DNA of 63,993 bases, filler included, from Dirinaria sp. TL-2023a (GCA_051941275.1; 5 parts of 5 records of this genome joined end to end with filler, not necessarily neighbours in it), one strand, 5' to 3'. Positions 13,191-26,477 are shown, counted from the whole stretch's first letter. The notes: generated from the letters alone by a model not told the origin. Made by a program: numbers and translations.

Positions 13191-13290
13191 NNNNNNNNNN
13201 NNNNNNNNNNNNNNNNNNNNNNNNNNNNNNNNNNTTAATTAATTAANNNNNNNNNNNNNNNNNNNNNNNNNNNNNNNNNNNNNNNNNNNN
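13191..13290. other. Artificial contig spacer (N44-TTAATTAATTAA-N44)
   Basis: 100-bp N-run with a central six-frame-stop/PacI linker at 13235-13246. Identical to the other three spacers. Confidence 0.97.
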
Positions 13291-14164
13291 TAATGGGGGT
13301 TTTCGTTGATATGAGGATTGGTGTTGGTGTTAATGATCAACGCGAGATTTGATAAAGGTATTATTGCGGGAGGGAATGCTGGAAAGTGGAAGCTCTGTTT
13401 TGTGGGAAAGGGGGGGGAGCGGGGAGATTTGGATTTATAATTTCACATGGTGGAAAAGCAAATGGTTAGAAGGAGGAGGAGTTAGCTATTTTGCAGCCTT
13501 GGAAATTGAGGATAGAGTGAGTTGGAAAAGGGAGTTTTCGGTGGCTGGTTGATTGATGGGGACGCTTGTCTTTGATGCGGATGAGGTGGTGGATTCGAGG
13601 GGTTCGTATATCTACCTACCTGCTTTAGGGGTTTGGAGGGTAGATAGATGGCTGTAGTCTGGAGATTGTTCGGAAGCTGTTGGGGATAGTGAGGGGATGA
13701 ATTCTGGCATGATGCTCTTTTTTGGTAGGAAAAGCATTTATTGCGTGCTTTGTTAGGGTCGAAAGGGTGTTTTATGAGTGTGACAGAGACGGATTTTTGG
13801 AATTGAATATTGTAATGCCAGGTTTTATTGTAATTTTTCTGGCACTGACATGATGTTTTGTGCAATTTCGAATGCCTTCGGGCTCGAGCTTCAGAGCTAC
13901 ACGGGTGGAGATATGCTCCAAATGTGTTACTGAACAGCTAATTGGCCTGCAAAGGAAGGGATTCTACCATCTCTTAGCTTGACGGCCCCTGACAGAGATC
14001 TGGACTACTTACTCCTCGCTCAAGCGCTCAAATCGGATTTACCAAAGATATTGAGTGCTGATGGAGACATTTTGATCAGCTTAGATCGAAGTTCTGCAGC
14101 AAGTGCCCGAGGGTTTCGTCTAATTCTCGAAGCTAGGCTACGTCGTCGAGCCTAGGATCATCAT

Positions 14165-15066
14165 TTATTCTTCAAAGAACCCTTCGTCGCTTTCGGCATT
14201 CTCTGTATCTCGTACAGCCTCCCTAACCTTCTTATTTCGCTCCTTTTTAGACCTCGATTTCGATTGTGCTTTCGATGTGCGACCATTTGCGGGTGCTAAG
14301 CCCTCAACGTCATCCCTAGCAAGCTGGTTTGGCAGCTTGCCTTCCCTCAAAGTCTCTAATGTTCCGTCTTCCATGCATTTCTCGACAACTTTCCACATTG
14401 GAGGTTTTACTATCTCTGCTGTGTTTTCATAAGTGCTAGGGGTAGAATCCGACATAGCCATGTCGGCACTACCTGTGCCATCGGTGCGTTTGTAAAGGCT
14501 GGTATACTTTTCGTTCAGAGGACAATAGAGCGTATAATTTAGGTCCACCTGAGCTCGATGTATTTTTTCTCTGAGATCGAATAATTCAGCACTCTGGGGC
14601 TCAGCCTTTGAGGCTAGATTTTTCAATCGCTTGAGTTTTCTTGTGGCTTTCTGCCGCTCTGTAGAGGCACCGAATTGTCAGCAAACCTCAAATGCTTGAC
14701 CTGCAAACAGCGTAACAAGAAACATGGTATCATAGATAGTATTCACTGACCAAAGAAGCGTACCATATGGTACTTCTTGATCATGTGTTTTTTCCGCTTC
14801 TCGTTCTCAGCCTCTATCAGGTCGGCCTTATAACCCGCAAGAGCCCTTTCTTGTTCAATACGGACATCTTCTGGAAGTTTCTTAGAGCGTTCCAGTGTCC
14901 GTGTCACATCGCGTATTTTGCCTTTGAGATGATTGATAGATGAGGATGATGGTACAAATGGAGCTTCTCGACGCGGACGTTTCGTCGGGTGACTTCGAGG
15001 TAGCCTTTCGGCGATTGAGTTGGTCTCGTCGTCCTCTTCATGATTTCTTTGACGCTTTTTACCCAT
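14165..15066 (-). CDS. EFG1: rRNA-processing protein Efg1, 2 exons
   Basis: KIRDVTRTL, KKYHMVRFF-(intron)-ERQKATRKLKRL, VDLNYTLYCPLNEKYTSLY, acidic FFEE end. Confidence 0.9.
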
Positions 15067-15500
15067 CGCTCTTTCTTCGGCTTGGGGAGTAGCTCAGGCA
15101 GGAACGGTTTAGGAGGTTGTCCAGAGATTTATGCAAAGGTAGAATTCCTCTGACCTATACTGAAGCAAAGTGCTCATAGAGTGAACATGGCCAATTGCTA
15201 GGTAGAGGCAATGTTCCGACGTCGAAAATGGCGCACCGGCGACAGTATCCTCGCATTGTGTTGCACTATCAAAATTCGCGGTGGAGGAAGCGATGTTCTG
15301 CATGGGCTGTCCGATATCAGCAGCACTAGCTGTAATTTACGCGTAATATATTACGATATCACAATCGATACCTGTCTTAGCACTCATTGGCTAGCGTTCC
15401 CAAGGCCTTCTAGGTAATAATCATCTTTGTACTTGCTATTACGACGTGGCTGCCCGATGCTACCTCAACCATCGAATGCTGCCGGCAATATGGAGCTGTA

Positions 15501-18500
15501 ATGGAGACAGCGATTCGCTGGTCCTCCAGCTCCACGATATCCCAGCAGAGGTTCCTGCTAGTCGATGTGAACAGACGTACATTTCAGCATTGCCAAGTAG
15601 AATCATATGAGGGTTTTGACTTTCGGTATGAGACCTTGTCGACTCGAACAAAGGTCCCACCATTTCGTGCGTTTGACTGGTCTCTTCGTGACGAGAAGCT
15701 CGTAGCTGTAGGGCAATGGTCTGGAGAAGCCACAGTATTGAGATTGGACGATGAGTCTCGGTCTATCAATCTACCTATCAAGCATCAGCGTCTATGCAAT
15801 GCAGTAAACTTTAGTCCAGGTGGTCTTCTAGCTACCGGTCTCGAACGAGTGCGAAATGATTTTTGTCTCAACATCTGGGATATCGAGCGCGGTCCAACCT
15901 CCACACCGTCTTCGCCACGTACTGTTTCAGGCAGGCAGACCTTGGAACCATTGCGAAAATTTGCAAGTTCGGAAGGAATTACGAGCATCAAGTTCTTCAC
16001 CCAACCTGAGACGCTTGTTGCTGGTGTCAAGGGGACCTACCTTCGAATATACGACCTCCGGGACAACTCAGGAAACCCAGTCCTGCAGTTTCAGACAGGC
16101 TGTGTTCATAACATAGCTGTCGATGCCCTTGATGATAACTATTTCGCGGCGGCAGCACCGGCGAAGGATTCTTCAATTCAAATATGGGACCGCCGAGTGG
16201 CACCGTCCCCCACAGCATCTGTCATAACTTCTGGGCTTGGCCACCAGTCTCAGCATACTCCAGCTTTGGAATTCAGCAGGGGTTTTGGTGGGCCCCAGAA
16301 CTCTATACAAGGGACGATTTGGAGTCTAAGGTACTGTAAAAGCCAGCGCGGCTGCCTTGGTGCTCTCGCTAGCAGTGGAGATTTCAAAGTCTTTCAAACT
16401 CAAAAGCACTATCTACCCTCCACTCCTAAGTCTCATTACTTCCCGGTCTCTGATGATGAGCATATGTCTTACCAAGAAGTTGTCTCAACAAAGCGTGTCT
16501 CGCATATTGATCACGCTTCCGATGGCGGTAGGACCCAGCAGTACAGCAAAGGACGCATTGTGGCATTTGATTTTACTCATCTAGGAGGTCCTCATGGTAG
16601 GCCTTGTGCCATTGTGCTTCGTGCAGATCAAACGGTTGGCCTCTGCGAGCTCGAAAGTCCACCTGCAGCTGTATCTCTTTCATTGCTCGGTGGGCTTGCT
16701 GTCGGAAAGAGCTCCTCGTCTCCCTATAGCCACGTGAGTCCGAAGAGCAGGCACTTTTTGAGTAGTAGTATAGACGTTACCTTTCCCAACGGAGGGAAAA
16801 CCGAAACAGGATTTCCTACATACATCGATAGGAGTACGAAAATCTCCGACGATGGTCACTATAGCTCGAACGAACAGGTCAGATTATCAAGTCGTGAAGC
16901 TCATGAAAACTTGGTCCTGCCTAAAGCAGGGATAAGGCTAGAGGCAGCATTAGCCCTTCCCACGATGAATCGCCGCCGGTGCCTTGAGGGGTACCTCTTC
17001 AACTGCAAACGCAACGCAGAGATTGTCTCCGGTGATCCATGGCTGGAGGACATGTGGGCTTGGATTGGACGTGGGTACGGTATCGCCTACGATGAAACTA
17101 GCTAATGGCTAGACTTAGGTGCCAAAGGCAATGCTGCCGATGAAGGCATGGTTGCTGACTCTGTTGATTTGAGCTTCCTAGGAGTCTTCAACATATGGAA
17201 TAATGATCTTGGTAAGCTTGCTCCACGTTGATTTCTACATCTTCATTTATCATTGTATGCATAGGTCCGCAGAAGAGCACGCGAATTCAAAAAGAGAAGG
17301 CAGCAGACGTGAACATTGGCCAAACTGTTCAATCTTTAGTAAGGAGTCTTCAATTACCAGAGTCGATTCCCGCAAGTACAGCATTCCTATCGCATCGTCA
17401 ACTTTGTTTGTACACTTGCGGCTTAGGTCTTACCCGCCAGCAACTCGAATCAACTGTTCAAGAGCTTGTCAATAAAGCGCAGAACACCAAGGCCGCTGCA
17501 CTCGCCCTGATCCATAGTAATATCAGCCTTTCATCCGACGCTCTCCGAAGCGGTAAGGCTTCATTAGTACACAGAGAGTTGTCGCTAGCACTTGCAGGCT
17601 ATGTGAAAGGCAGCAAGGACGATGTATGGTACGAGACAGTCCAGGAGGTAGCTAAAGAGTTGGACGACCCTTACGCACGTGCTATGTTGGCATTTGTAAG
17701 CGACGGGGATTGGCATGATGCTTTAAAAGAAACTGCTCTCCCTTTAAGATACCGCATGAGCATCGCATTACTGCAGCTCGAGGATGAGGAGTTGGGCGAG
17801 TATGTCCAAAAGACTACAGAAGACTGTATTCGTTATGGCGACATCGAAGGTATCGTACTCACGGGACTCACGGAGCGTTCAGTGACACTGTTCGAGAATT
17901 ATGTATTGAAATTTTCAGACTTGCAGACCGCAGTCTTAGCCCTTTCTTTTGTCTGTCCGCGCTATTTCTCAAGTCATGTCATGGAGCTCTGGCGCGATGT
18001 GTACCGCTCACATCTGAATAGCTACCGCCTCTTTATTCAACGAGTACAATTCGATGTTCAAGCAACCAAACTTTCCGTTCGCGGTCGCGATCGAAGCGCT
18101 AAACCGACATTAAATCCAGCTTCAAGACAGGTTTCGTTGCGCTGTCATACATGCGACCAGGCATTAGACCGTAATCCAGACAATATGCCATCTCCAGGCG
18201 CCAATTCACAGTCACAATCTTCGGCAGGATTGGGCACTACGCAACGAACTTCAATCTTTGGCGATGTCAAGTCAGGCACGGTATGCCCCAAGTGTGGACG
18301 GCACATGCCGAGATGTGTTATCTGCATGATGTGGTTGGGCATGCCAGACACTCCGGGAACGAGTAGCAGAGCTTCAAACGTTCGGAAATCTGCGCCTGTT
18401 AAGAGTCCTAATAAGCCTCAAGATCAAAGTATGCGCAATCAAAAAGCGGAGCATGGCCTTCAGAAAGGAATAGAAGGTCAAACTGCTCAAGATCCTCTCA

Positions 18501-18646
18501 AAGATTTTACAACCGTCTGCAGAAGTTGTTGGCATTTGAGTCATGCTCTGCATGCCGAGCAGTGGTTCAAAAGTCATAAAACCTGCCCTGTTCCTGGTTG
18601 TGAATGTCAATGCGCTCTTGTGGATAACATACAATCAGCCATATGA
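15501..18646 (+). CDS. SEA4: SEH-associated protein 4 / MIOS (SEACAT/GATOR2 subunit), 3 exons
   Basis: N-terminal WD40 region (RLCNAVNF, LATGLERVRNDFCLNIWD), LDDPYARAMLAF, GDIEGIVLTGL, C-terminal Zn/RING region CPKCGRHMPRCVIC...HAEQWF..HKTCPVPGCECQC. Confidence 0.9.
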
Positions 18647-19625
18647 AGCATCACGCGATCATAGTCAAACTATTAGCTTCTGGTTTTTCGCCCTAGACTA
18701 ATTCGAATTACCGTGGCTGGTTTTCCAAAGGGCGCAGAGTTTTGTGGTATGACTACAAATTCGTCTGCTTCAAGAAGTCTACTATCCGCCCAGAAAGCTC
18801 CTTATTCAATCCGAAGACCTCAATTGAATCTCCGTCAAACCACGGTAGCAGTGGATCGATTTCAAGAAGTGCTACTCTGAAATCCAGGGCCCGAGTACGT
18901 AGCAGCTAGTGCTATGCTATGCAATGAAAGCTTTTTTGTTTCTTTATTAATACAGCGAGACACGATGAAAGAGCATCTCAGGCCACTGCCAGCGCCACGT
19001 TATCGGATTGAATGCTACGGTCAAATATTTCAACTAGAGATGACTTTGTTGGTAGTGAACAATTCCGAGTCATAAATTAATCCAAACGACGATCCATGCC
19101 GAGATAACACCCTCGTTCCTCGAACACCTGGCACTGTTGAACAGAACGGAAAAACGAATTCTTAACCTAACGCCTACCGTTCGTTCTATAATATGATACA
19201 AAACAAGTTCATCCTGTTCCTATCAAATTTTGAATGCGTGTATTCATGCCCGGCCTATTCAAGAGTACATGATATGCCGGACGTTATAGAGCTTGAGAAG
19301 TCAGATTGCATGGAATAATCTCTATGTAAGATATAGATTCGGAAATCTCTTTGGGGGCGATGTGAGACTGGGAAGGTAGGTGTGCCTCCGAGGATTTGGG
19401 AGCTTGGCCGTGTTGCGCGATGCGTCAGGAGTGAGTGGCGCTTTGAGATGGTGATTGATTGAATGAAAAAGTTTTGGGGGAGACGTCGATATGTGTTTAC
19501 ATATATCTTCCAAAAAGAGACAGAAACAGAGAGAAAGAATGGAGCGATTCGGTCTTTGGACCCCCCTCTATACTCTATATACCTATATTTCACAATCCCT
19601 TCAATTAACGGATTCATCGCCGAAC

Positions 19626-19675
19626 AAAAAAAAGGAAAAAGGAAAAAGGAAAAAGGAAAAAGGGCAAAAAAAAAA
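19626..19675 (+). repeat. Polypurine (GGAAAAA)n / poly-A tract
   Basis: AAAAAAAAGGAAAAAGGAAAAAGGAAAAAGGAAAAAGGGCAAAAAAAAAA read directly. Confidence 0.85.
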
Positions 19676-20349
19676 GTACATATCATCGCAAATGAACCAA
19701 CGACGTTGCTTGGCTTCGAGGAGCGAGTCTCCTATCCGCACGTCCTAGATCTACAGCCTTCCCACCTCACGTCCGAAGCTCAATTCTCAGCATGCTATCT
19801 ACTTCACACAGCCACTAATTGTTGACTGCTTGCTGTTGGGGGATTATTTCAGCATAGGCCAGCCTTTTGGTACATCTCAGGGTCAGAAGCTGTATGTCTG
19901 CTTTTAATTCAAAGCCTGAGTTGACTTTCCAGAGGATATTTGACGATGTTGCAGAGGGATCAAACCTAGTTCTGTAAAATCAGATCATAGCATTCTTGTC
20001 AAAGAGATCCCTTTCTTCTGATCTTGATCATTCAAGCATGTGAAATCAATGTGCGAAAGGAAAATGTATCGCACCTGGACATCCTCGTGCGCACTAGTCA
20101 AAGAGCGCGATTTTTTTTCAAACTAGCGAATCAGCAGCACGGAAGATGGCGTGGAAGGTAAGTAGGGAGTCATCGGCTTCTGATCGTTGATTACGGGGAA
20201 TGAGGAGCCCGACGGGGCAGATCCTTGATTATTTTACTTTGCCTTAGTGATCAATCCCTTAGCCTCGCAAACCATTTCCCTCGAGGGACTAGATCGTGAG
20301 ATACTTTAGTCAGATCCAAATCCAGAAACTTAACGCGACATCGAAGGCT

Positions 20350-20935
20350 CCGTCGGATTTGCAAAGGGGGAGAAAATACTTTCAAAGCTCAAATGGCAGT
20401 CTCAGGAGTCAGAAGCCGGATTATCACCTACCTTTGGTCAAGAAACCATGTTAGGGCTAACAGGGTTTCTGCGCCAGCCTGATCTAGATTTTTCACTCGT
20501 TTCTGTCGGTTTGTGAAGAGGAAAATGATATTTCCAGAGCTCAAACGGCAGTCCCAAGAAGCAACCTGACCTAAGGTACCTTAACGTACCTAAGGTGCCT
20601 TAACTTGCTCTATCTTACCTTACTTGCGTTACCTAGGGCTTCAAGAGCCCTCACGCCAACCCAATTCAGGTTTTCGATAAACCTGTGTCGAATTGTCAAG
20701 AGAAACATAATGCTTTCAGATTCAAATAGCAGTCCCAGCAGGCCAAAAAACCGATAATAAGAATCAGTCTAAGGGCTTCCAGACCATCGCGCTAACCTAA
20801 TCTCGGGTTCCCGTTGGATTTCCGTCGGATTGTAATGAGGAAAATAATACTTTCAAATTCAAAGAGCAGTCCCAGGAGCTAAAGAAGATTGTTAAGAATC
20901 AAGGGCTGCAAAGACCCCATTTCGAGCCTTACTTT
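20350..20935 (+). repeat. Degenerate tandem repeat, about 4 units of 135-180 bp
   Basis: Core GTCG(G/A)..TG.....AAA...AT.(C)TTT..A..TCAAA..GCAGTC(C/T)CA recurs near 20352, 20505, 20687 and 20824, each followed by an AGGGCT... segment. Confidence 0.75.
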
Positions 20936-21247
20936 AGGATCGCATGCCAATTAACATGCACACAACTCCGTAACCGATCATCTACGGGGAAGGATCATGA
21001 GAAGTTGAGTTACCTTCATCCCATTTATCCTCACTGTCAATTGCTATCTCATCGCACTTCGTTGTGAGTTGTTACTTACGTAACTACTGTAGTAAATACA
21101 TACGCTGCACAGTAAGCACTATCAAATAATCCATCGATTAATCAGTCGACGCTTGCAGGGTCTCTTTATTCTATCGCAATGGGTTTGTTTCATTTCGATG
21201 TTACAAACACGTGTGAAATACAGCTCATGCTCACGGGTAAGACTACC

Positions 21248-22169
21248 TCACTTCTGCGCATCGGCTTTCTGGTTTTTCTGGATCCACTGCGCCGTCTCTT
21301 TCGCATGCCTTTCCATCTCTTCCGGGTCCTTGAGCAGTTCCTTGAAGCGATGCGGCGTCGGCACGTGCCTGCCTTTCTCCACGGCCGGCCTCTGCAACAT
21401 CCTCTCCTCCCAAGCCTTCAGATGGGGGAATTCTTCGATGTCGACACCTGACCAGCCCGCCAATGCAACCCATCCCCAATGCGCGATGTCGGCGATCGTG
21501 CACTTGTCGCCGACCAGGTACGTGGATTTGGATGCCGCAAGATGCGTGTCGAGCACTTTGTACAGTCTCCTTGTCTCATTTACGTACCGATCCACGCCGT
21601 AGGGGATCTTCTCGGGCGCGTAGCGGCGGAAATGGTTCGCTTGTCCCTGCACTTTGAGATACAAACTCTGTCAGCATCTCCGGCATTCGCTAGCGGCGTT
21701 CGAGTGCCCTGGAAATATGAAAGAGGAATATGTATCGAGGAGCTTACTCGGCCCCACGCCTGCGTTCATGAAAAACAGCCAATTATTGACTTCGTAGCTC
21801 TCCCGAGTCCCCTTGGGATAGCTGATCAGATGCTCGGTGTCGTACTGCTCGACAAGGTATTGCATGATACTACCGGATTCGAAGAGGCGGATGCTTTGCC
21901 CATCGGAGAAGGTGTCTGTCAAGGCGGGGATGCGGCCATTGGGATTGATGGCAAGGAACCAAGGCTCTTTCTGCGTGTTTTTGGAGATGTCGACCGCGTG
22001 GGTGGTGTAGGGAAGACTACCGTACTTGGTCAGTTCTCTCCAAAAGGAGAGAGAGATGCTCAAAGAGCGCAACGCCAAACCTGAGTTCCTCAAGCGTTAT
22101 GGATATTTTGATCCCATTGGGAGTCTGGGCAGTGTACAGATCGATTTTCGGACTTCTAGCGCTGGCCAT
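21248..22169 (-). CDS. Glutathione S-transferase (Ure2p-like class), 3 exons
   Basis: YTAQTPNGIKISITLEEL, QKEPWFLAINPNGRIPAL, FESGSI, GPMQGQANHF, DKCTIADIAHWGW. Confidence 0.93.
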
Positions 22170-22791
22170 TCTGGGCACGATTTGATTCTTCAGCTGAACA
22201 ATCCGACTGAGCATGTACGTTCGACGGAGCGAGTAAGGCAGAGCCGACCAGATATACTCGACGGTGATATGGGCTTTGAAATCGTGAATTACCAATCGTC
22301 GGAAGACCGCATTAATAATTGGCAAGCAATGACGACACATGATCGCCCCACATTGCAGACGCCGGCCGTTTTAAGCTTCGGCACCAGGTACACGCTCTGC
22401 CTGCAGCTCGACCTAGTTTATGTATGATGAGATGATTGTTGAAGGTAAGGTAAGGTAGCGCAAAAATCCTGCGAGTATAGAGGATATGGAAGAAAGTTGT
22501 ATATGCTCTCATATAACTTGCGAAGACGCATGCTGATCGAATTGACATGGAATTGGACAAGAAAAAAAAAAGTAAGGGATGAATCTATGCTGACTGTCTA
22601 TCGACTCAGAAACAAATAGTGTACATACCAGGGTTTTGGTCGCTATCCCATTTGAAATGCTTCCCATGCCGTCCCGCAGCTCTAGCCCTTGACCACCTAC
22701 CTAGACGCCAAGCTCTGCTATGCAACATTGTCACCTAACGTTACGCACAACACCAGGTATATTCGATCATGGTAAGAGACTCAAGTCTCTT

Positions 22792-23605
22792 CTACTCGCT
22801 GTCGCTTGCACTTCCCGTGGGGCCCACGTCTTCCTCGTCTTCTTTCACCACATCGTCTCCTGCCGTCATGGTAAATTCGGCTTTTTGCAATATAGCTCTC
22901 AGGTCTGTATTTCGGGGATCGACTAGCTCTCTCGCGGTCAACTTTGCTTTGTTTCTTATCCTGTGCGCAAGATTAGCTCCGGTATCCCCGCGCTTCTTTG
23001 AACCTGGTCTGGCATGATATGGGATAAGACATCCGAGAATGACGGACCTTGGATCTGAACCAGCGTCCAGCAACAGCTCCACTATTGACGCGCCCGCTTC
23101 CCACTCAGCCCTCACCAGCCCATTCACGAAGCGCACGGCCTTATGGAGTGGAGTATCGAGTTCCAGCCGGTCCAAAGGATCAACTTCTAGGCCTTCTTGA
23201 TCCAGGAGGATGTCAAGCACTTCGTCTATTGTTCGAAATCAGCATCAGACACGGATGTTGTTTGAACAGCCTATTGATTTAGGCGCCCCGGCAACTTCGA
23301 AGGGCAGATGCCGAGGGAGGCCGACTCACAGCTTCCATAGCTCGCCGCTATATGCAAGCAGTGACTGCCCACTCCATCCGTTGCCGTGTTCAGAAGCTGC
23401 GCTACTTGGGCGGGCGAGGGAAGGGAAGAGATGACTTCGGACAGGAGGGAGGTGTTGTTGCGGCGGGAGGCTTCTAGAAGCTGTTCACGAGGTGAGGCAC
23501 CCTACCAAACGAAGTTATCAGTTGAGTAATCCATTTGAAATGTAAACAGGGTGGAAGCTTCTGCTCGACCATTATTACTAAAAAAGGACTTACCTCGTCG
23601 CTCAT
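22792..23605 (-). CDS. Small ankyrin-repeat protein (conserved fungal, YCR051W-like), multi-exon
   Basis: Spliced MSDE-GASPREQLLEASRRNN, GSHCLHIAASYGS, DTPLHKAV, LLLDAGSDPR-IRNK, acidic tail. Confidence 0.8.
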
Positions 23606-23947
23606 GGCCGGTTTTCGACGGAGTTGCTGATTTAGCAGCCAAAAGCGGTCTCTTCTTGAAACCGGCTCAGGTTTCTATGTGATTGCAGCAGTCTTGACAA
23701 GGAGTAAGTATCTTAGGTCTATCGTTGGACTCTGAAAAACAAAAGAGGTACAAGTAGGTCCATGAGTAGGATCTTCCTGATACCGCTGACACGTCCGAGG
23801 GAAGCCTTGTTGGTTGGCCGTGTCTTGAAGATCACATCATGCATTGAATCCTTGTTCCTGGTTTCGTAATGAAGCTTGGCATTACTTGTGTGGCTTCACA
23901 AGCCCAGCCAGACACGCTCACGCTGACACGCTCACACTCACAGGCCA

Positions 23948-23996
23948 GAGCCCCCTAGGCCTACGGTAAGCCCCCTAGGCCTAAGGTAAGCCCCCT
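23948..23996 (+). repeat. Short 21-bp tandem repeat AGCCCCCTAGGCCTA(C/A)GGTA in a divergent promoter
   Basis: agccccctaggcctacggtaagccccctaggcctaaggtaagccccc. Preceded by a GACACGCTCAC duplication at about 23911-23935. Confidence 0.8.
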
Positions 23997-24250
23997 CTCC
24001 CCCCACCCACTCGGCAGTCGGAATCACCGCTTCCACGGCTCGGCAACCGCGACCCAGATCTTACTTGACCATCATTCAAATAAACAATAAAGTAAGTACG
24101 ACAATCTTCAGTCATGTTCCACTAACAACTCAACTACAGCCTGGCAATCTACAAGCAAGGAAGGATCACAAACATGATCAGCTCCAAGTCATCTTGTGTC
24201 TGTCAATTGCCGCACTGACAGCCAAGTTCATCCTGTTTGCAGCCGTCAAC

Positions 24251-26477
24251 ATGTCGAAGCTGGCAGAACTACTCAATCCTGCTCCGCGACCAGACCCCTC
24301 GTCGTCTTTGACCAGGGACCCACACTCGGACTCTTCAGATGCTTCAAATAGTCATCAAAGAAGTGACCATAATATGCGCCCGGCCAATATCTACACCGGA
24401 CTCGCTCCCCGACGCCCGTCCATTACCTCTCCTCTCGACGCGCTTGCAGAGGCCGCAACCAGCAGTGCGCCTCTGCCTTCACCATCTTCGACACGATACG
24501 TCAGTCATCACCGAAACCCTTCTTCATCGTCATCCCGACCTACATCAAGCCACACCCCGCAATCGCGAGCGTTCGAGCTCCCACCCGTACCCCAGCAGTC
24601 GGCCGCGCAATCCTCGCCGAGCTTGGAGCAATATTACCACAGCCCAAGCATTGAGGTGATGGGACGAAGACTATCAGGGGCGGGTGATGGCGAATCTCGA
24701 ATCCTGCCTCCGATTCGGTCACTGCAGGAGGAGAATGTGTCACCGCCAGCAGTTGCCGAGCTGCAAACACGCAAAGAAGATAACACTCACTCTACTCAGA
24801 GCACTTTTACTTTACCACCTTATTCCTCACATTTTGAACCTCCAAGGCCGATACCAGAACCTTTGTCTCCAGTCACCGATCAGATTCGACAACCCTCACC
24901 AGGCGCCTCTTATACCGCCCAGGAATCCAACCTTCCAAGTAAGCAAGCCGATCAAGTCCGAGTCAAAACAGAGGTAGCAGAGGCTCCAATTGAGCTACCT
25001 GGATCAGGCGAGCAAGAGACTATGCCAACGACGGAGACCCCAACTGCTTGGTACGCTGCAATAGGCGAAGCGCCACCTTTGAATAAGAGCGTCGCAGACC
25101 TTAGAAGCGATGCGAGCCACAGACCTTCACCTGCGGCGAACATGTCTGATGCACCAGCCAAACCCAAACCTGCTCCATCCAAGAAACGAGCCGCTCCTAA
25201 GAAAGGCACGGCGAACACTGTCAAACCCTCCGCAAAGAAGCGCAAAGTTGATAATGACAATGCTGCGAGTTCGCCGGCTCTGCCGCGCACGGGCACACCG
25301 AACTCAAGCCGCGCCAGCAAGACACCGGCTCCAAGGGGGGCCCAGCAAGGCTCAGTCACACCAGCACCAAAAGGTGGCCAGCGAAGCTCGGTGACGCCGG
25401 CTGGAAAAGGTGGTAAGCAAGGCTCGATCACCCCGGCTCGGAGCTCCTCTGTCGCAAACGCGAACGATGAAGATGATGAAATGGACGAGGGAGATTCGTC
25501 AGAGCTTTTCTGCATATGTCGCAAACCCGACGACCACACCTGGATGATTGGATGTGATGGTCCATGTGAGGATTGGTTCCACGGCCACTGCATCAATATG
25601 ACCGAGAAGGAAGGGAAGCTGATTGAGAAGTATTTCTGTAAGTCAAGCCTTTGGGTCACTGCCAGCCAATTGCTAAGAAGTTGGCCTACAGGTCCTAACT
25701 GTGTGGAAGCGGGCGTGGGCGAGACCCTCTGGAAACCCATGTGCCGCCTCGAGACTTGTCGTGAACCTGCTCAATCAACAGGACCTAAAACCTCCAAATA
25801 CTGCTGCGATGAGCACGGCGCTGAATTCATGCGCCAGCGCGCGCTCAAGCATGAGCCAGAGCAATCGAAGAGGCCAACATCGCCAGTCACGGGCAGGAGA
25901 AGGAGCAGGAAAGACAATTATACCGACAACTTTGGGAACGGCAGCACTCTGATCCAGGATGAGACCGACGATGAGAGCCATTTGCGAGGAGGAGTGCTAC
26001 GACCCAGCGATCTGAAGGCCCTCGCCGGTTCCGCCAAAGATATTGCCGAGTTTCGCAGACTGGGCGAAGGAATCCTTAGCCCGCCCGAAACAGATGTTCC
26101 AGAAGGAGACACCGTCATGGAAGATGCCTCCACCAGCGCTGTCTATACACCGCAAGAAGCCCAGCGTGTTTCCGACATCCAAGCCAGAATGACGCGGCTG
26201 CGCGAACGCAAGCAACTGCTCGACGACCGCGAGACGTTCCTCACCATGGCCAAAGCCCGCGCCAAGGCCGCGCTGCCGGAGAAGAAGAGCGCCGACTTCC
26301 TATGCGGGTTCGATCCGCACCTCGTCTGGACGGACGAAGAGTTCGACGCGTGGCGGAACACGCCCGAAGGCCAACGCTACCTCCAAACCCCTTCCATCGA
26401 CCTGATCCCCTATTCTATCCTCCCTGCCACGAACGGTACTCATATCCAACCACCACCACCACCACCACCACCACCAA
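24251..26477 (+). CDS. SPP1: COMPASS/Set1 complex PHD-finger subunit Spp1 (3' end truncated by the spacer)
   Basis: FCICRKPDDHTWMIGCDGPCEDWFHGHC...KYFC-(in-frame intron about 25638-25691)-PNC, then CRLETCREPA...SKYCCDEHG, a coiled coil and CGFD. Confidence 0.85.

Noticed and set aside
13235..13246. TTAATTAATTAA recurring about every 13 kb as a biological repeat or piggyBac TTAA site
   Set aside because: Always centred in 100-bp N spacers. It is a synthetic all-frame stop linker.
19255..19825. ORFs of 120-143 aa on both strands
   Set aside because: They arise from low-complexity purine tracts (poly-Lys/poly-Phe) and are not credible proteins.
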